Below, piece after piece: positions 33,202 through 41,745 of a DNA stretch of 64,000 bases; within the stretch, counting starts at the first letter, position 1, and every line of letters starts with the position of its first letter. A model generated the notes under the pieces. That model made no database searches, had not been told where the DNA came from, and saw only the letters and a program-made list of their open reading frames with translations. This DNA comes from Acidobacteriota bacterium (GTDB lineage Bacteria > Acidobacteriota > Polarisedimenticolia > Gp22-AA2), in NCBI GenBank assembly GCA_003223135.1, contig QHXX01000021.1, positions 63,674-127,673 of the forward strand, in the 5' to 3' direction. The position numbers and the translations under genes are program-made.

Positions 33202-34953
33202 GTGAGACGGACGTTATCGGTCCTGGCGCTCGGGGCCCTCACCTTTCTGGTGCTGCCGGCGTCCTGCCTGCGGCCCGGCCGGCCCATCGTTCCGACCTCC
33301 GTCCCGCCGGCCGCTCCGGCCCCGCATGACGGTGCGGTGGCCTCGGCGGAGCCGGTGGCGACCGAGACAGGACTCGCGATCCTGAGGAACGGCGGAGACG
33401 CGGCCGACGCTGCGGTGGCGGTGGCGCTGGCGCTGGCGGTGGTGCACCCGCAGGCGGGAAATCTCGGAGGCGGCGGCTTCGCCGTCATCAAGCGGGGCGA
33501 AATGGTGGCCGCCCTGGATTTCAGGGAGACGGCGCCGCGATCCGCGACCGAGTCAATGTACCTGGACAAGGAGGGCGAGCCGATCGAGGACGCCGCGACC
33601 GTCGGGCCGCTGGCGGCCGGCGTGCCCGGATCGCCCGACGGCCTGTTCGTCCTGCATCAGCGCTACGGTCGCCTGCCCTGGCGCGACGTCGTCTCACCCG
33701 CGCTCCGCCTGGCGCGCGAAGGGTTCACCGTCACCCCGCGGCTGCGGGAGGCTCTCGAGTCGTATCAGGAGACTCTGGCGCGCTTTCCCGAGACAGCGAA
33801 GGTCTGGTTGCCGGACGGGGCGCCGCCCCGCGCCGGCACCCTCCTGCGTCTGCCCGAGCTGGCGGCGACGCTCGAGGCGTACATGAAGCACGGTCCCGAC
33901 GCCCTGAAGGGCGGGACGGCCGCGGCCGCCATCGAGACGGCGTCGCGCGCCCACGGCGGCGTCCTGACGGCGGCGGATCTCGCGGCCTACCGCCCGGTGT
34001 GGCGGGAGCCGCTGCGCTTCAGCGGATTCGGATGGAACGTCGCGTCGATGCCGCTGCCGTCCTCTGGGGGCCTCATCGTGGCGCAGAGTCTGGCCATGCT
34101 CGAAAGGGTGCGCTTCGACGAGCGACCCGCCGGGAGCGCCGACCGCGACCACCTGCTGGTCGAGACCTGGCGGAGGGCCTTCGCCGACCGCTTCCTCCTG
34201 GGCGATCCCGCCCACACGCGGGCGGGCCCGGGCCAGCTCCTGTCGGTCGACTGGATCGCGCGACGCGCCGCCGACATCGACGAGGCGAAGGCCACACCGT
34301 CGTCACAGGTCTCTCCGTGGCCGGGGGAGCGGCTGCCGCAGGCCGCCGGCGCGATGAAGCCGGCGGCCACGACGCATCTGTCGATCGCCGACGGAACGGG
34401 GATGGTCGTGTCGATGACGACGACGCTCAATGAATGGTTCGGTTGCGGTCTGTACGTGGCGGGCGCAGGGTTCTTCCTGAACGACGAGATGGACGACTTC
34501 GTGACCGCGCCCGGCCAGCCGAACCTGTACGGCCTGGTGCAGGGAGAGGCCAACGCGGTGCGGCCCGGGGCGCGGATGTTGTCCTCGATGAGCCCCGTCG
34601 TGGCCTGGCGCGACGGCGAGACGGTCGCACTCGGATCGCGCGGCGGCTCGCGCATTCCCACCGCGACGCTGCAGGTCCTTCTCAATCTGATCGTGAACGG
34701 GGACCAGCTGCAGCAGGCGGTCGATCGGCCGCGCATTCACCACCAGTGGCTCCCCGACGAGATCGTGGCCGAGACGGACGCTCTGTCGCCCGGGATCCTG
34801 GCCGATCTGCAGCGCCGGGGGCACAGGGTGCGAACCACGGGAGGACTGGGCGAGGTGATCGCCGTGCGCGTGCGTCCGGACGGCCGTTGCGAGGCGGCGG
34901 CCGACAACAGGCGAAACCCCGGAGGAGCGGGCGTTCTCGCGGCCGGGCCCTAG
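33202..34953 (+). CDS. ggt: gamma-glutamyltransferase
   Basis: GNLGGGGF, LDFRETAP, TTHLS nucleophile, LNDEMDDF, LSSMSP; GTG start after a GGAGG SD. Confidence 0.93.
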   Translation: MRRTLSVLALGALTFLVLPASCLRPGRPIVPTSVPPAAPAPHDGAVASAEPVATETGLAILRNGGDAADAAVAVALALAVVHPQAGNLGGGGFAVIKRGEMVAALDFRETAPRSATESMYLDKEGEPIEDAATVGPLAAGVPGSPDGLFVLHQRYGRLPWRDVVSPALRLAREGFTVTPRLREALESYQETLARFPETAKVWLPDGAPPRAGTLLRLPELAATLEAYMKHGPDALKGGTAAAAIETASRAHGGVLTAADLAAYRPVWREPLRFSGFGWNVASMPLPSSGGLIVAQSLAMLERVRFDERPAGSADRDHLLVETWRRAFADRFLLGDPAHTRAGPGQLLSVDWIARRAADIDEAKATPSSQVSPWPGERLPQAAGAMKPAATTHLSIADGTGMVVSMTTTLNEWFGCGLYVAGAGFFLNDEMDDFVTAPGQPNLYGLVQGEANAVRPGARMLSSMSPVVAWRDGETVALGSRGGSRIPTATLQVLLNLIVNGDQLQQAVDRPRIHHQWLPDEIVAETDALSPGILADLQRRGHRVRTTGGLGEVIAVRVRPDGRCEAAADNRRNPGGAGVLAAGP

Positions 34954-36260
34954 GAGGGTGTCCCCAAAAGCCCCAGGACGGCCGCGAGCGACGCGCGCAC
35001 GCCGCCACGAATCGACCCCTCGCGTTGAGGCGCGTACTGTGACGAGTGCAGGGACGGGAGAGGCCGACCGCCGGGAAGGCGACTCGCCTCGAGTCGTTCG
35101 GGCGCGACAGTTCCGAGGTTGAAGATGAAAGCGGGAATTCCCGCCCGGCCGTAATAGGTGAAGTCCTCCGAGCCCATGATCGGCGGCACCTCCGTGACGC
35201 GGTCGTCGCCCAGGGTCTTCTTCAGCGCCGCGACGGTCCGTTCCACGAGCGCGGGATCGTTCACGGTGGCGGGCGTGCTCTCGCCGACCGTCACGTCGGG
35301 CGGCTTCGGCGCGCCTGCCCCTTCCGCTTCGGCCGCGATGTTCCGGCGGATTCCCTCGAGCAGCTTGTTCCGAGTCTCGTCGGTGTAGGAGCGCACGGTG
35401 AGCTGGAGGTCGACCGTGTCCGGAATGATGTTGTGCTTCGTGCCGCCGTGGATTGACCCGACCGTGATCACGGCCGGCTCGATCGGGTCGATTTCCCGCG
35501 CCACGATCGTCTGCAGCGTGAGGACGATTCGGGCGGCGATCACGATCGGGTCGACGGTCAGGTGCGGCGTCGATCCGTGCCCTCCCCTGCCGTAGACCCG
35601 GACGTCCACGCTGTCGACGTTGGCGAACGCGGGCCCGGCCCGGTAGCCGACGACCCCCACCGGCAGGTCGGCCTTGACGTGCATCCCCAGGACGAAGTCC
35701 GGGCGGGGGAATCGCGTGAACAGGCCGTCCTTGATCATCGCCTCGGCACCGAGCACCCTCTCCTCCGCCGGTTGCCCGATCAGGACCACCGTACCGGACC
35801 AGCGCGCCTGGAGCGCCTTGAGCCCCCGAGCAAGACCGATGAGCGTGGTCATGTGGATGTCGTGACCGCAGGCGTGCATGACCGGCACCTGGCGGCCCGT
35901 GTCGTCGGTGGCGGTGACCGTGCTGGCGTACGTCAGCCCCGTCTCCTCCTTCACCGGCAGTGCGTCCAGGTCGGAGCGCCACATGACCGTCGGTCCCCGC
36001 CCGTTCCGCAGCACCGCCACCACGCCGTTGCCGCCCACCCCGGTCGTCACCTCGAAGCCGGTCGCTTTCAATTCCGAAGCGATGCGTCGCGCCGTCTCCT
36101 GCTCGTGCAGGGACAGCTCGGGGCGGGCGTGCAGATCGCGGTACAGGGAATCGAGAGAGGCGTACTCCTTGCCGATGATGCGATCGAAGTCGGACGCACC
36201 GAGGTCCGCCGCGGCGAGGCCGTCCGGAACGGCGCGGGCGGCCAGGAGGATCGCCAGAAT
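34950..36260 (-). CDS. M20D amidohydrolase, 5' start missing
   Basis: LHARPELSLHEQET, MWRSDLDALPV, MHACGHDIH, QPAEE, GSEDF. The frame is open up to 36290 but has no ATG/GTG/TTG before 36071; a signal-peptide remnant ILAILLAA remains. Confidence 0.85.
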   Translation of the reverse strand: MLAILLAARAVPDGLAAADLGASDFDRIIGKEYASLDSLYRDLHARPELSLHEQETARRIASELKATGFEVTTGVGGNGVVAVLRNGRGPTVMWRSDLDALPVKEETGLTYASTVTATDDTGRQVPVMHACGHDIHMTTLIGLARGLKALQARWSGTVVLIGQPAEERVLGAEAMIKDGLFTRFPRPDFVLGMHVKADLPVGVVGYRAGPAFANVDSVDVRVYGRGGHGSTPHLTVDPIVIAARIVLTLQTIVAREIDPIEPAVITVGSIHGGTKHNIIPDTVDLQLTVRSYTDETRNKLLEGIRRNIAAEAEGAGAPKPPDVTVGESTPATVNDPALVERTVAALKKTLGDDRVTEVPPIMGSEDFTYYGRAGIPAFIFNLGTVAPERLEASRLPGGRPLPSLHSSQYAPQREGSIRGGVRASLAAVLGLLGTPS

Positions 36261-36265
36261 CGTCG

Positions 36266-36625
36266 AAGGTCGTCGACGATCAGCACCTTTTCATCGGGTC
36301 GCACGGCGTCGACGTGGATCTCGAGACGGTCCCGGCCATACTCGAGCTCGTACTCCTCCGCCACCGTCTTCCACGGGAGCTTGCCTGGCTTGCGCACCGG
36401 GACGAACCCGGCCTCGAGGCCCAGGGCAATCGCGGGAGCAAAGATGTAGCCGCGCGACTCGATGCCGACGACCTTCGTGATGCCGCGGCCCCGGAAGCGC
36501 TCGGCCAGGGTCGTGAGGGCGTAGTGCAGCGCGTCCTTGTCGTTCAGGAGAGGCGTGATGTCCTTGAAGACGATCCCCTTCTTGGGGAAGTCCGGAACAT
36601 CACGGATATAGGTCCGCAGATCCAT
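36266..36625 (-). pseudogene. apt: adenine phosphoribosyltransferase truncated within the PRPP-binding motif
   Basis: MDLRTYIRDVPDFPKKGIVFKDITPLL...GIESRG...RKPGKLP...LIVDDL, then unrelated off-frame text to a stop at 36068; LATGGT and the C-terminus are absent. Confidence 0.85.
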
Positions 36626-36645
36626 GCAGCCCTCCTGGTGTCCCG

Positions 36646-36918
36646 TCAGTGCCGGATCTCGAAGCCGTCCAGGTCCGGATCGGGCGCCGCGTCCGATGGC
36701 TCGACAGCCTCCACGCGTCCCCCGCGCGGCCCCAGGCGGAGAGCGTCCTCGAACAGGCGCAGAGCGTCCCCGGCACCTTGTGCGAGAACTTCGACCCGGC
36801 CGTCGGGGAGATTGCGCGCATAACCGCTGATCCCCAGGTCCCTGGCCGCGCGCATGCTGAAGAAGCGGTACCCCACTCCCTGGACCATACCGCTCACAAG
36901 AAATCGGGTCGCTTTCAT
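36646..36918 (-). CDS. acyP: acylphosphatase
   Basis: [25 protein letters not shown]; 90 aa. Confidence 0.92.
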   Translation of the reverse strand: MKATRFLVSGMVQGVGYRFFSMRAARDLGISGYARNLPDGRVEVLAQGAGDALRLFEDALRLGPRGGRVEAVEPSDAAPDPDLDGFEIRH

Positions 36919-36931
36919 CAGGAGATGTGTG

Positions 36932-37008
36932 TGGTCGGGGCGAGTGGATTTGAACCACCGACCCCCTGGTCCCGAACCAGGTGCGCTACCAGGCTGCGCT
37001 ACGCCCCG
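36932..37008 (-). tRNA. tRNA-Pro(CGG)
   Basis: CGGGGCGTAGCGCAGCCTGGTAGCGCA-CCTGG-TTCGGGA-CCAGG...TTCAAAT...ACCA; 77 nt. Confidence 0.96.
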
Positions 37009-37029
37009 ACGATCCTGCAAGGAGAGCGG

Positions 37030-37058
37030 ATTCTATGCGACTGGCGGAGACCGGTCAA
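37030..37058 (-). promoter_or_regulatory. sigma70 promoter of tRNA-Pro(CGG)-acyP-apt
   Basis: Minus strand TTGACC, 17 bp, TAGAAT. Confidence 0.7.
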
Positions 37059-37097
37059 GGCAGGCGCCGGACGCCCGGAAGACCGATGCACGCGACG

Positions 37098-37838
37098 TCA
37101 GCCGTTCAGAACCTGCACCCGGCTCCCCGGCACGAGCGCGTCCTCGCCGTCGTCGAACCGGACCCAGGCCTTCGTGCCGGCGTCGTAGTCGCGCGCCAGG
37201 ACGATGAGGCGAGCCTCGCGGCCGAGGGCCAGGCATCGCCGCCGCCCCTCGGGGTCGTGTCCGAGCATCGCCCGGATGAACGGGTTTCCCGTGCGTTCCG
37301 CCCCGACGGTGGTCGGACCGGCATGTCCCGGGTGGACGGGGGTATCGTCCGGGAGGCACAGGATTCGGTCGACGGCCCGGCGGGCGTCCTCGAACCCGCT
37401 GTTCCCGGGGGCGACCGTTCCTCCCAGAGAGCCGGCGAAGAGGCAGTCCCCGGTGAAGAGTCCGACCCCACCGATGAGATAACCGGCATGTCCCGAGGTA
37501 TGCCCGAGGAGGGGGACAGCGCGGACGTGCAGGCCGCCCCATAGGCGCTCCTCCTCGAATTCGAGCGTCCCGGCGCCCACGACGTGCGGCGCCTCCGGGG
37601 CGAGGGCGAAGATCGGCGCACGCATCGCGCGGGCCAGCTCCGCGTGTCCTTGCACGTGATCGATGTGTCGGTGAGTGGTCAGGATCGCGGCCAACCTCAG
37701 CTTGTGACGCGTGAGCGCCGCGACAAGCGGGGCGATCGGCGCTCCGCTGTCGATCACGACGGCGGCTCCTCCCACACGCTCACCCACGAGGTAGGCGTTC
37801 GACAGCCAGCCTGGATCCATGGATCGCTCGAGGATCAC
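37098..37838 (-). CDS. MBL-fold metallo-hydrolase (glyoxalase II-like)
   Basis: SNAYLV, THRHIDH (HxHxDH), GHTSGH, FTGDCLF, PGH; GTG start. Confidence 0.88.
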   Translation of the reverse strand: MILERSMDPGWLSNAYLVGERVGGAAVVIDSGAPIAPLVAALTRHKLRLAAILTTHRHIDHVQGHAELARAMRAPIFALAPEAPHVVGAGTLEFEEERLWGGLHVRAVPLLGHTSGHAGYLIGGVGLFTGDCLFAGSLGGTVAPGNSGFEDARRAVDRILCLPDDTPVHPGHAGPTTVGAERTGNPFIRAMLGHDPEGRRRCLALGREARLIVLARDYDAGTKAWVRFDDGEDALVPGSRVQVLNG

Positions 37839-38246
37839 GGCCGGAAGTCTACAGCAACGTGGTCTTCGGGTCGGAAAACGGCCCGATGCGGTTCGCGGCT
37901 TTGCCGGCTGAGGTATCCCCAGTTTGGGGCGCCGTCCGTCGCTCACTTCCGCACGCCCCCGCGCACGCAGGGCCGTCGCCCTCCTCCGGTGATCCTTCAC
38001 GCCTCTCAAGCCAGAACCAGGTTCGGGCGCAACAGACGGACACCGCTCGCCAGCCGTCTGGCATGCTCCCCCCAGCACATCCGCCCCAGGGGCGTGTCTT
38101 CGGGACTACCTGCCATCTCTGGCCAGCTGCGTTCGGCTTCTGCGTCCCGTCCTGGTGCGGCTATGAAGAGCGGCAGTTCCCGGTTGGCAAACGGAGGGAT
38201 CTCCAGTGGCATGTGGCAACTCGGAATGGCTCAGCTTTGCCGGCAC

Positions 38247-38275
38247 TTGACGCTCCCCGGGCTTGCGGGTAGCCT
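38247..38275 (+). promoter_or_regulatory. sigma70-type promoter for MaoC-CitE
   Basis: TTGACG, 17 bp, TAGCCT; ends 10 nt before the ATG at 38286. Confidence 0.6.
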
Positions 38276-38285
38276 CAGGCCGCTT

Positions 38286-38741
38286 ATGCCCGGCAAGTAC
38301 TTCGAGGACCTCGCGCCAGGACAGCGCCTTCGGCACGCCGTCGGCCGGACGATCACCGAGGCCGACAACACGCTGTTCTGCGCCCTGACGATGAACACGC
38401 AGCCTCTGCACCTGAACCAGGACTTCGCCGCAAAAAGCGAGTTCGGCCAGAGGATCGTCAACGGGATTTTCACGCTCGGTCTCGTCGTCGGCTTGACCGT
38501 CTCCGATCTTACCGAGGGGACCATCGTGGCAAACCTCGGCTACGAGCGGGTCGTGCATCCGCTGCCGGTCTTCCTCGGCGATACCCTCTATGTCGAGACC
38601 GAGGTCCTCGAGAGCCGGCCGTCGGTCTCGAGTCCGGACCGCGGCATCGTCCGTCTGCGTCACCGCGGGCTGAACCAACGCGGCCAGATCGTGATCGAGG
38701 TGGACCGATCGGTCCTGTTCCTGCGGCGACCTTCGTCGTGA
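38286..38741 (+). CDS. MaoC-family (R)-specific enoyl-CoA hydratase
   Basis: YFEDL, GRTITEADN, MNTQPLHLN, GTIVANLG, PVFLGDTL hot-dog motifs. Confidence 0.9.
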   Translation: MPGKYFEDLAPGQRLRHAVGRTITEADNTLFCALTMNTQPLHLNQDFAAKSEFGQRIVNGIFTLGLVVGLTVSDLTEGTIVANLGYERVVHPLPVFLGDTLYVETEVLESRPSVSSPDRGIVRLRHRGLNQRGQIVIEVDRSVLFLRRPSS

Positions 38742-39697
38742 CGCGCCCGCCGCGCCGATCCGTCGGTCGAATTCGGCCGAGCGCGGAGCCCGATCTTTCG
38801 ATCGACGTCCTGCCACCACGCCGCGCGCTCTTGTTTTGTCCCGCCACGGAGTGGAGCAGGCTCGAGAAGGCGGCGGGCCTCGGGGCCGACGTCGTCATCC
38901 TCGACTTGGAGGACGGCGTGGCTCTGTCGCGCAAGGCGGATGCGCGCGCCGCCGCGGCGCGGGCTCTGTCGGAATTGGACTTCGGGCGCAGCGAGCGCCT
39001 GGTGCGGGTGAACCCGCCCGGCTTGGGGCTTTTGGAGGACGTGCGGGCCACCGGCTCCGTCCGCCGGCCACCGGATGGTTACGTTCTTCCCAAGATCGGG
39101 TCGGCCGCGGAGGTGAAGGCGTTCGCCGGCCTGTTGCGCCGTCTCGAGCGCCGGGCCCGCCTGCGGTCCGGGACCATCCGCATCCTCGCCATCATCGAGA
39201 CGGCGCTCGGCATCGTCAACCTGAAGGAGATCGCCGGCTGCGACCCGCGCCTGGTGGCCCTCATCTTCGGAGCCGAGGACCTGTGCGGCGACATGGGCGC
39301 CGTGCGCACGCGCGAGGGGCGCGAGGTGGCCTATGCCCGCTCGGCCGTCGCCATCCACGCGGCGGCGCGCCGGCTGCAGGCGATCGACACGCCATTCGTC
39401 GACCTGCAGGATGAGAAGGGTCTGGTCGCACAGACGCGCGAGGCGCTCACGCTCGGCTACACCGGGAAACTGGCCATCCACCCCAAACAGATCGGGCCGA
39501 TTCAGGAGACCTTCACGCCGCGGCCCGAAGAGATCGAGGAGGCACGTCGCCTGATCGAAGAGCACGATCGGCAGCAGGCGCGGGGGGCGGGCGTCTTCGT
39601 CCTCGGCGGCAGGATGATCGACATGCCCATGGTGCGGGCCGCCCGGGCGGTCCTGGCCCGGGCGCGCGCCGCGGGGCTCCGGGGCAGGAACGGCTAG
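38738..39697 (+). CDS. CitE-family acyl-CoA lyase (HpcH/HpaI)
   Basis: RRALLFCP, ILDLEDGV, LVRVN, IET, FGAEDL, GKLAIHPKQ. Confidence 0.9.
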   Translation: MTRPPRRSVGRIRPSAEPDLSIDVLPPRRALLFCPATEWSRLEKAAGLGADVVILDLEDGVALSRKADARAAAARALSELDFGRSERLVRVNPPGLGLLEDVRATGSVRRPPDGYVLPKIGSAAEVKAFAGLLRRLERRARLRSGTIRILAIIETALGIVNLKEIAGCDPRLVALIFGAEDLCGDMGAVRTREGREVAYARSAVAIHAAARRLQAIDTPFVDLQDEKGLVAQTREALTLGYTGKLAIHPKQIGPIQETFTPRPEEIEEARRLIEEHDRQQARGAGVFVLGGRMIDMPMVRAARAVLARARAAGLRGRNG

Positions 39698-40215
39698 CCG
39701 GGCAAGGTCTCCCCGGACGGCTCCGGCTCCAGATCGACAAGGACCCGGCCGCGCTCGACGACGTCGCCGGGCGCGCAGGAGATTGTCCGCACCCGCCCCG
39801 GGAAGGGGGCGACCACGCGCATCTCCATTTTCATCGCTTCGAGGACGACGAGCGTCGCCCCCGCCTCGACACGATCCCCCTGTCTCGTCATGACCGCCAC
39901 CACCTGGCCATCCATGGCCGCGGTGAGTCGCCCGTCGGCGGGGCCCGCGGGCCCTGTGGCCCTGCGGGCGCCCTCCGTGCGCAGGATGGTCACGGGATCG
40001 CGGTCGCCGACCTTGATGATGCGCCGCTCGCCGTCGGACACCACGATCGCCTCAACCGGATGACCCTCGACCAGCAGATCGAGCAGGGGGCCGTCCGAAC
40101 GGCGCACGACGACATCGAACGACCGCCCCTCCAGGACGACACGGTAGCCCGGAGCCTGGGCCTCGACGCGCACCCACCTCGTCACCTGACCTGACCGGAA
40201 GTGAAGAAGCATCAC
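39694..40215 (-). CDS. biotin carboxyl carrier subunit
   Basis: EAMKM biotinylation motif preceded by a beta-rich BT-like region. Confidence 0.88.
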   Translation of the reverse strand: MMLLHFRSGQVTRWVRVEAQAPGYRVVLEGRSFDVVVRRSDGPLLDLLVEGHPVEAIVVSDGERRIIKVGDRDPVTILRTEGARRATGPAGPADGRLTAAMDGQVVAVMTRQGDRVEAGATLVVLEAMKMEMRVVAPFPGRVRTISCAPGDVVERGRVLVDLEPEPSGETLPG

Positions 40216-41741
40216 GTCGCTCCCGTCCGGAAGCCGTCGAGCCGGCCCCAGGGACTGAAGAGATCGGTCTCTTCGTCGCCCGTTCCATGGGACAGCGCCG
40301 CCTGCACCGGCGCCGGCCGGAGCGTGTCGGCCAGGGCCGCGGCGATCAAAACATCGTCGGGGAGGCCTGCGGCCTGTGGCCGCCAGGCGGAGAGATCGCG
40401 CTCGACGAACGAGGTCGTCGCCGCACCTCCGCGGAACACGGGGTGGGCGAGGATCGTCCTCAGAAAGGAGAGGTTGGTCTCGACCCCCAGGATCGCCGTC
40501 TTCCCCAGCGCCTCCTGCATCCGCTCCAGGGCGCCCTGACGGTCGCGGGCGTGGACGATGATTTTAGCGAGGAGGGAATCGTAGTACGGGCTCACGACGT
40601 CCCCCGTCGCGACACCGGCATCCACCCGGATCCCGGCGCCCGAAGGGAAGGAGGCGAGAAGGATACCGCCGGCGGACGGCGTGAAACCGCGCGCCGGGTC
40701 CTCGGCGTTCACCCGGCACTCGAGCGCGTGGCCGTCTTGACGCACATCCTCCTGCCTCACGGGGAGCGCCTCGCCGGAGGCAATCCGGATCTGCGCCCGC
40801 ACCAGGTCGACCCCCGTGACCATCTCCGTGACCGGGTGTTCCACCTGGATGCGGGTGTTCATCTCCAGGAAGAAGAACCGGCGGTCCATTCCGACGAGGA
40901 ATTCTATCGTCCCTGCATTCACGTAATCGCAGGCCCGCGCCGCCGCGACCGCCGCTTGTCCCATGTCCTCGCGCATCCTCGCGTCGAGGAGGGGCGAGGG
41001 AGACTCCTCGACGATCTTCTGAAAGCGGCGCTGGATCGAGCACTCGCGCTCGAACAGGTGAAGGCAGCCACCGCGCGCGTCGGCCAGCACCTGCACCTCG
41101 ACGTGCCGAGCTTCTTCGATGACCTTCTCAAGAAACAGCCGCGCGTCCCCGAACGCCTTGAGCGCCTCGCGCCTTGCGCTCTCGACAGCGCCGCCCAGCT
41201 CCTCCGGCGCGCGCACGACACGCATGCCGCGCCCTCCCCCGCCGCCCGCCGCCTTGACGAGAACGGGATACCCGATCCTGTCCGCCTCGCGGCGGAGCAA
41301 CACGTCGTCCTCGTCACCTGTCCCCTCGAAGCCGGGTACGACCGCGACTCCCGCGGCGGCCATCGCCCGCCGCGCGGCCATTTTGTCCCCCATCAGCCTG
41401 ATGGCGGCGGCCGGCGGGCCGACGAAGATCAGACCGGCACGCTCCACCTCTTCGGCGAACTCGGGGCTTTGCGCCAGGAAGCCGTAGCCCGGGTGGATCG
41501 CCTCGCAGCGGCGTTCGCGGGCGGCCCCGATGATTCGGTCGGTCCTGAGGTAGCTTGCGGCGGCGGGCGGCGGACCGATCGGGACGGTCTCGGCGGCGAC
41601 GCGGGTGTGCAGGGCGCCATCATCGGCTTCGCTCGCGACCGCGACCGGGACGATCCCGAGGGCGCGGCAGGCGCGCGCGATCCGGACGGCGATCTCGCCG
41701 CGGTTGGCAATCAGAAGTCTGGTGATGGGTCCGGACCGCAC
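40212..41741 (-). CDS. biotin carboxylase subunit (MccA/AccA1-like)
   Basis: LIANRGEIA, HPGYGFL, ECSIQRR, EMNTRIQVEHPVTE, YYDSLLAK. Confidence 0.93.
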   Translation of the reverse strand: MRSGPITRLLIANRGEIAVRIARACRALGIVPVAVASEADDGALHTRVAAETVPIGPPPAAASYLRTDRIIGAARERRCEAIHPGYGFLAQSPEFAEEVERAGLIFVGPPAAAIRLMGDKMAARRAMAAAGVAVVPGFEGTGDEDDVLLRREADRIGYPVLVKAAGGGGGRGMRVVRAPEELGGAVESARREALKAFGDARLFLEKVIEEARHVEVQVLADARGGCLHLFERECSIQRRFQKIVEESPSPLLDARMREDMGQAAVAAARACDYVNAGTIEFLVGMDRRFFFLEMNTRIQVEHPVTEMVTGVDLVRAQIRIASGEALPVRQEDVRQDGHALECRVNAEDPARGFTPSAGGILLASFPSGAGIRVDAGVATGDVVSPYYDSLLAKIIVHARDRQGALERMQEALGKTAILGVETNLSFLRTILAHPVFRGGAATTSFVERDLSAWRPQAAGLPDDVLIAAALADTLRPAPVQAALSHGTGDEETDLFSPWGRLDGFRTGAT

Positions 41742-41745
41742 CGGA

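Noticed and set aside
38090-38245. c-di-GMP-I or cobalamin riboswitch
   Set aside because: Isolated fragments (GGCAAA, GGGACGCAGAAGCC, GCCACTG) are present but not in the required order, spacing or stems.
37849-38272. Small ORFs in the intergenic gap (37849-38064, 38006-38212, 37859-38272)
   Set aside because: No motifs or SD; the one checked (38006-38212) has lower GC3 than neighbouring genes; not called as CDS.
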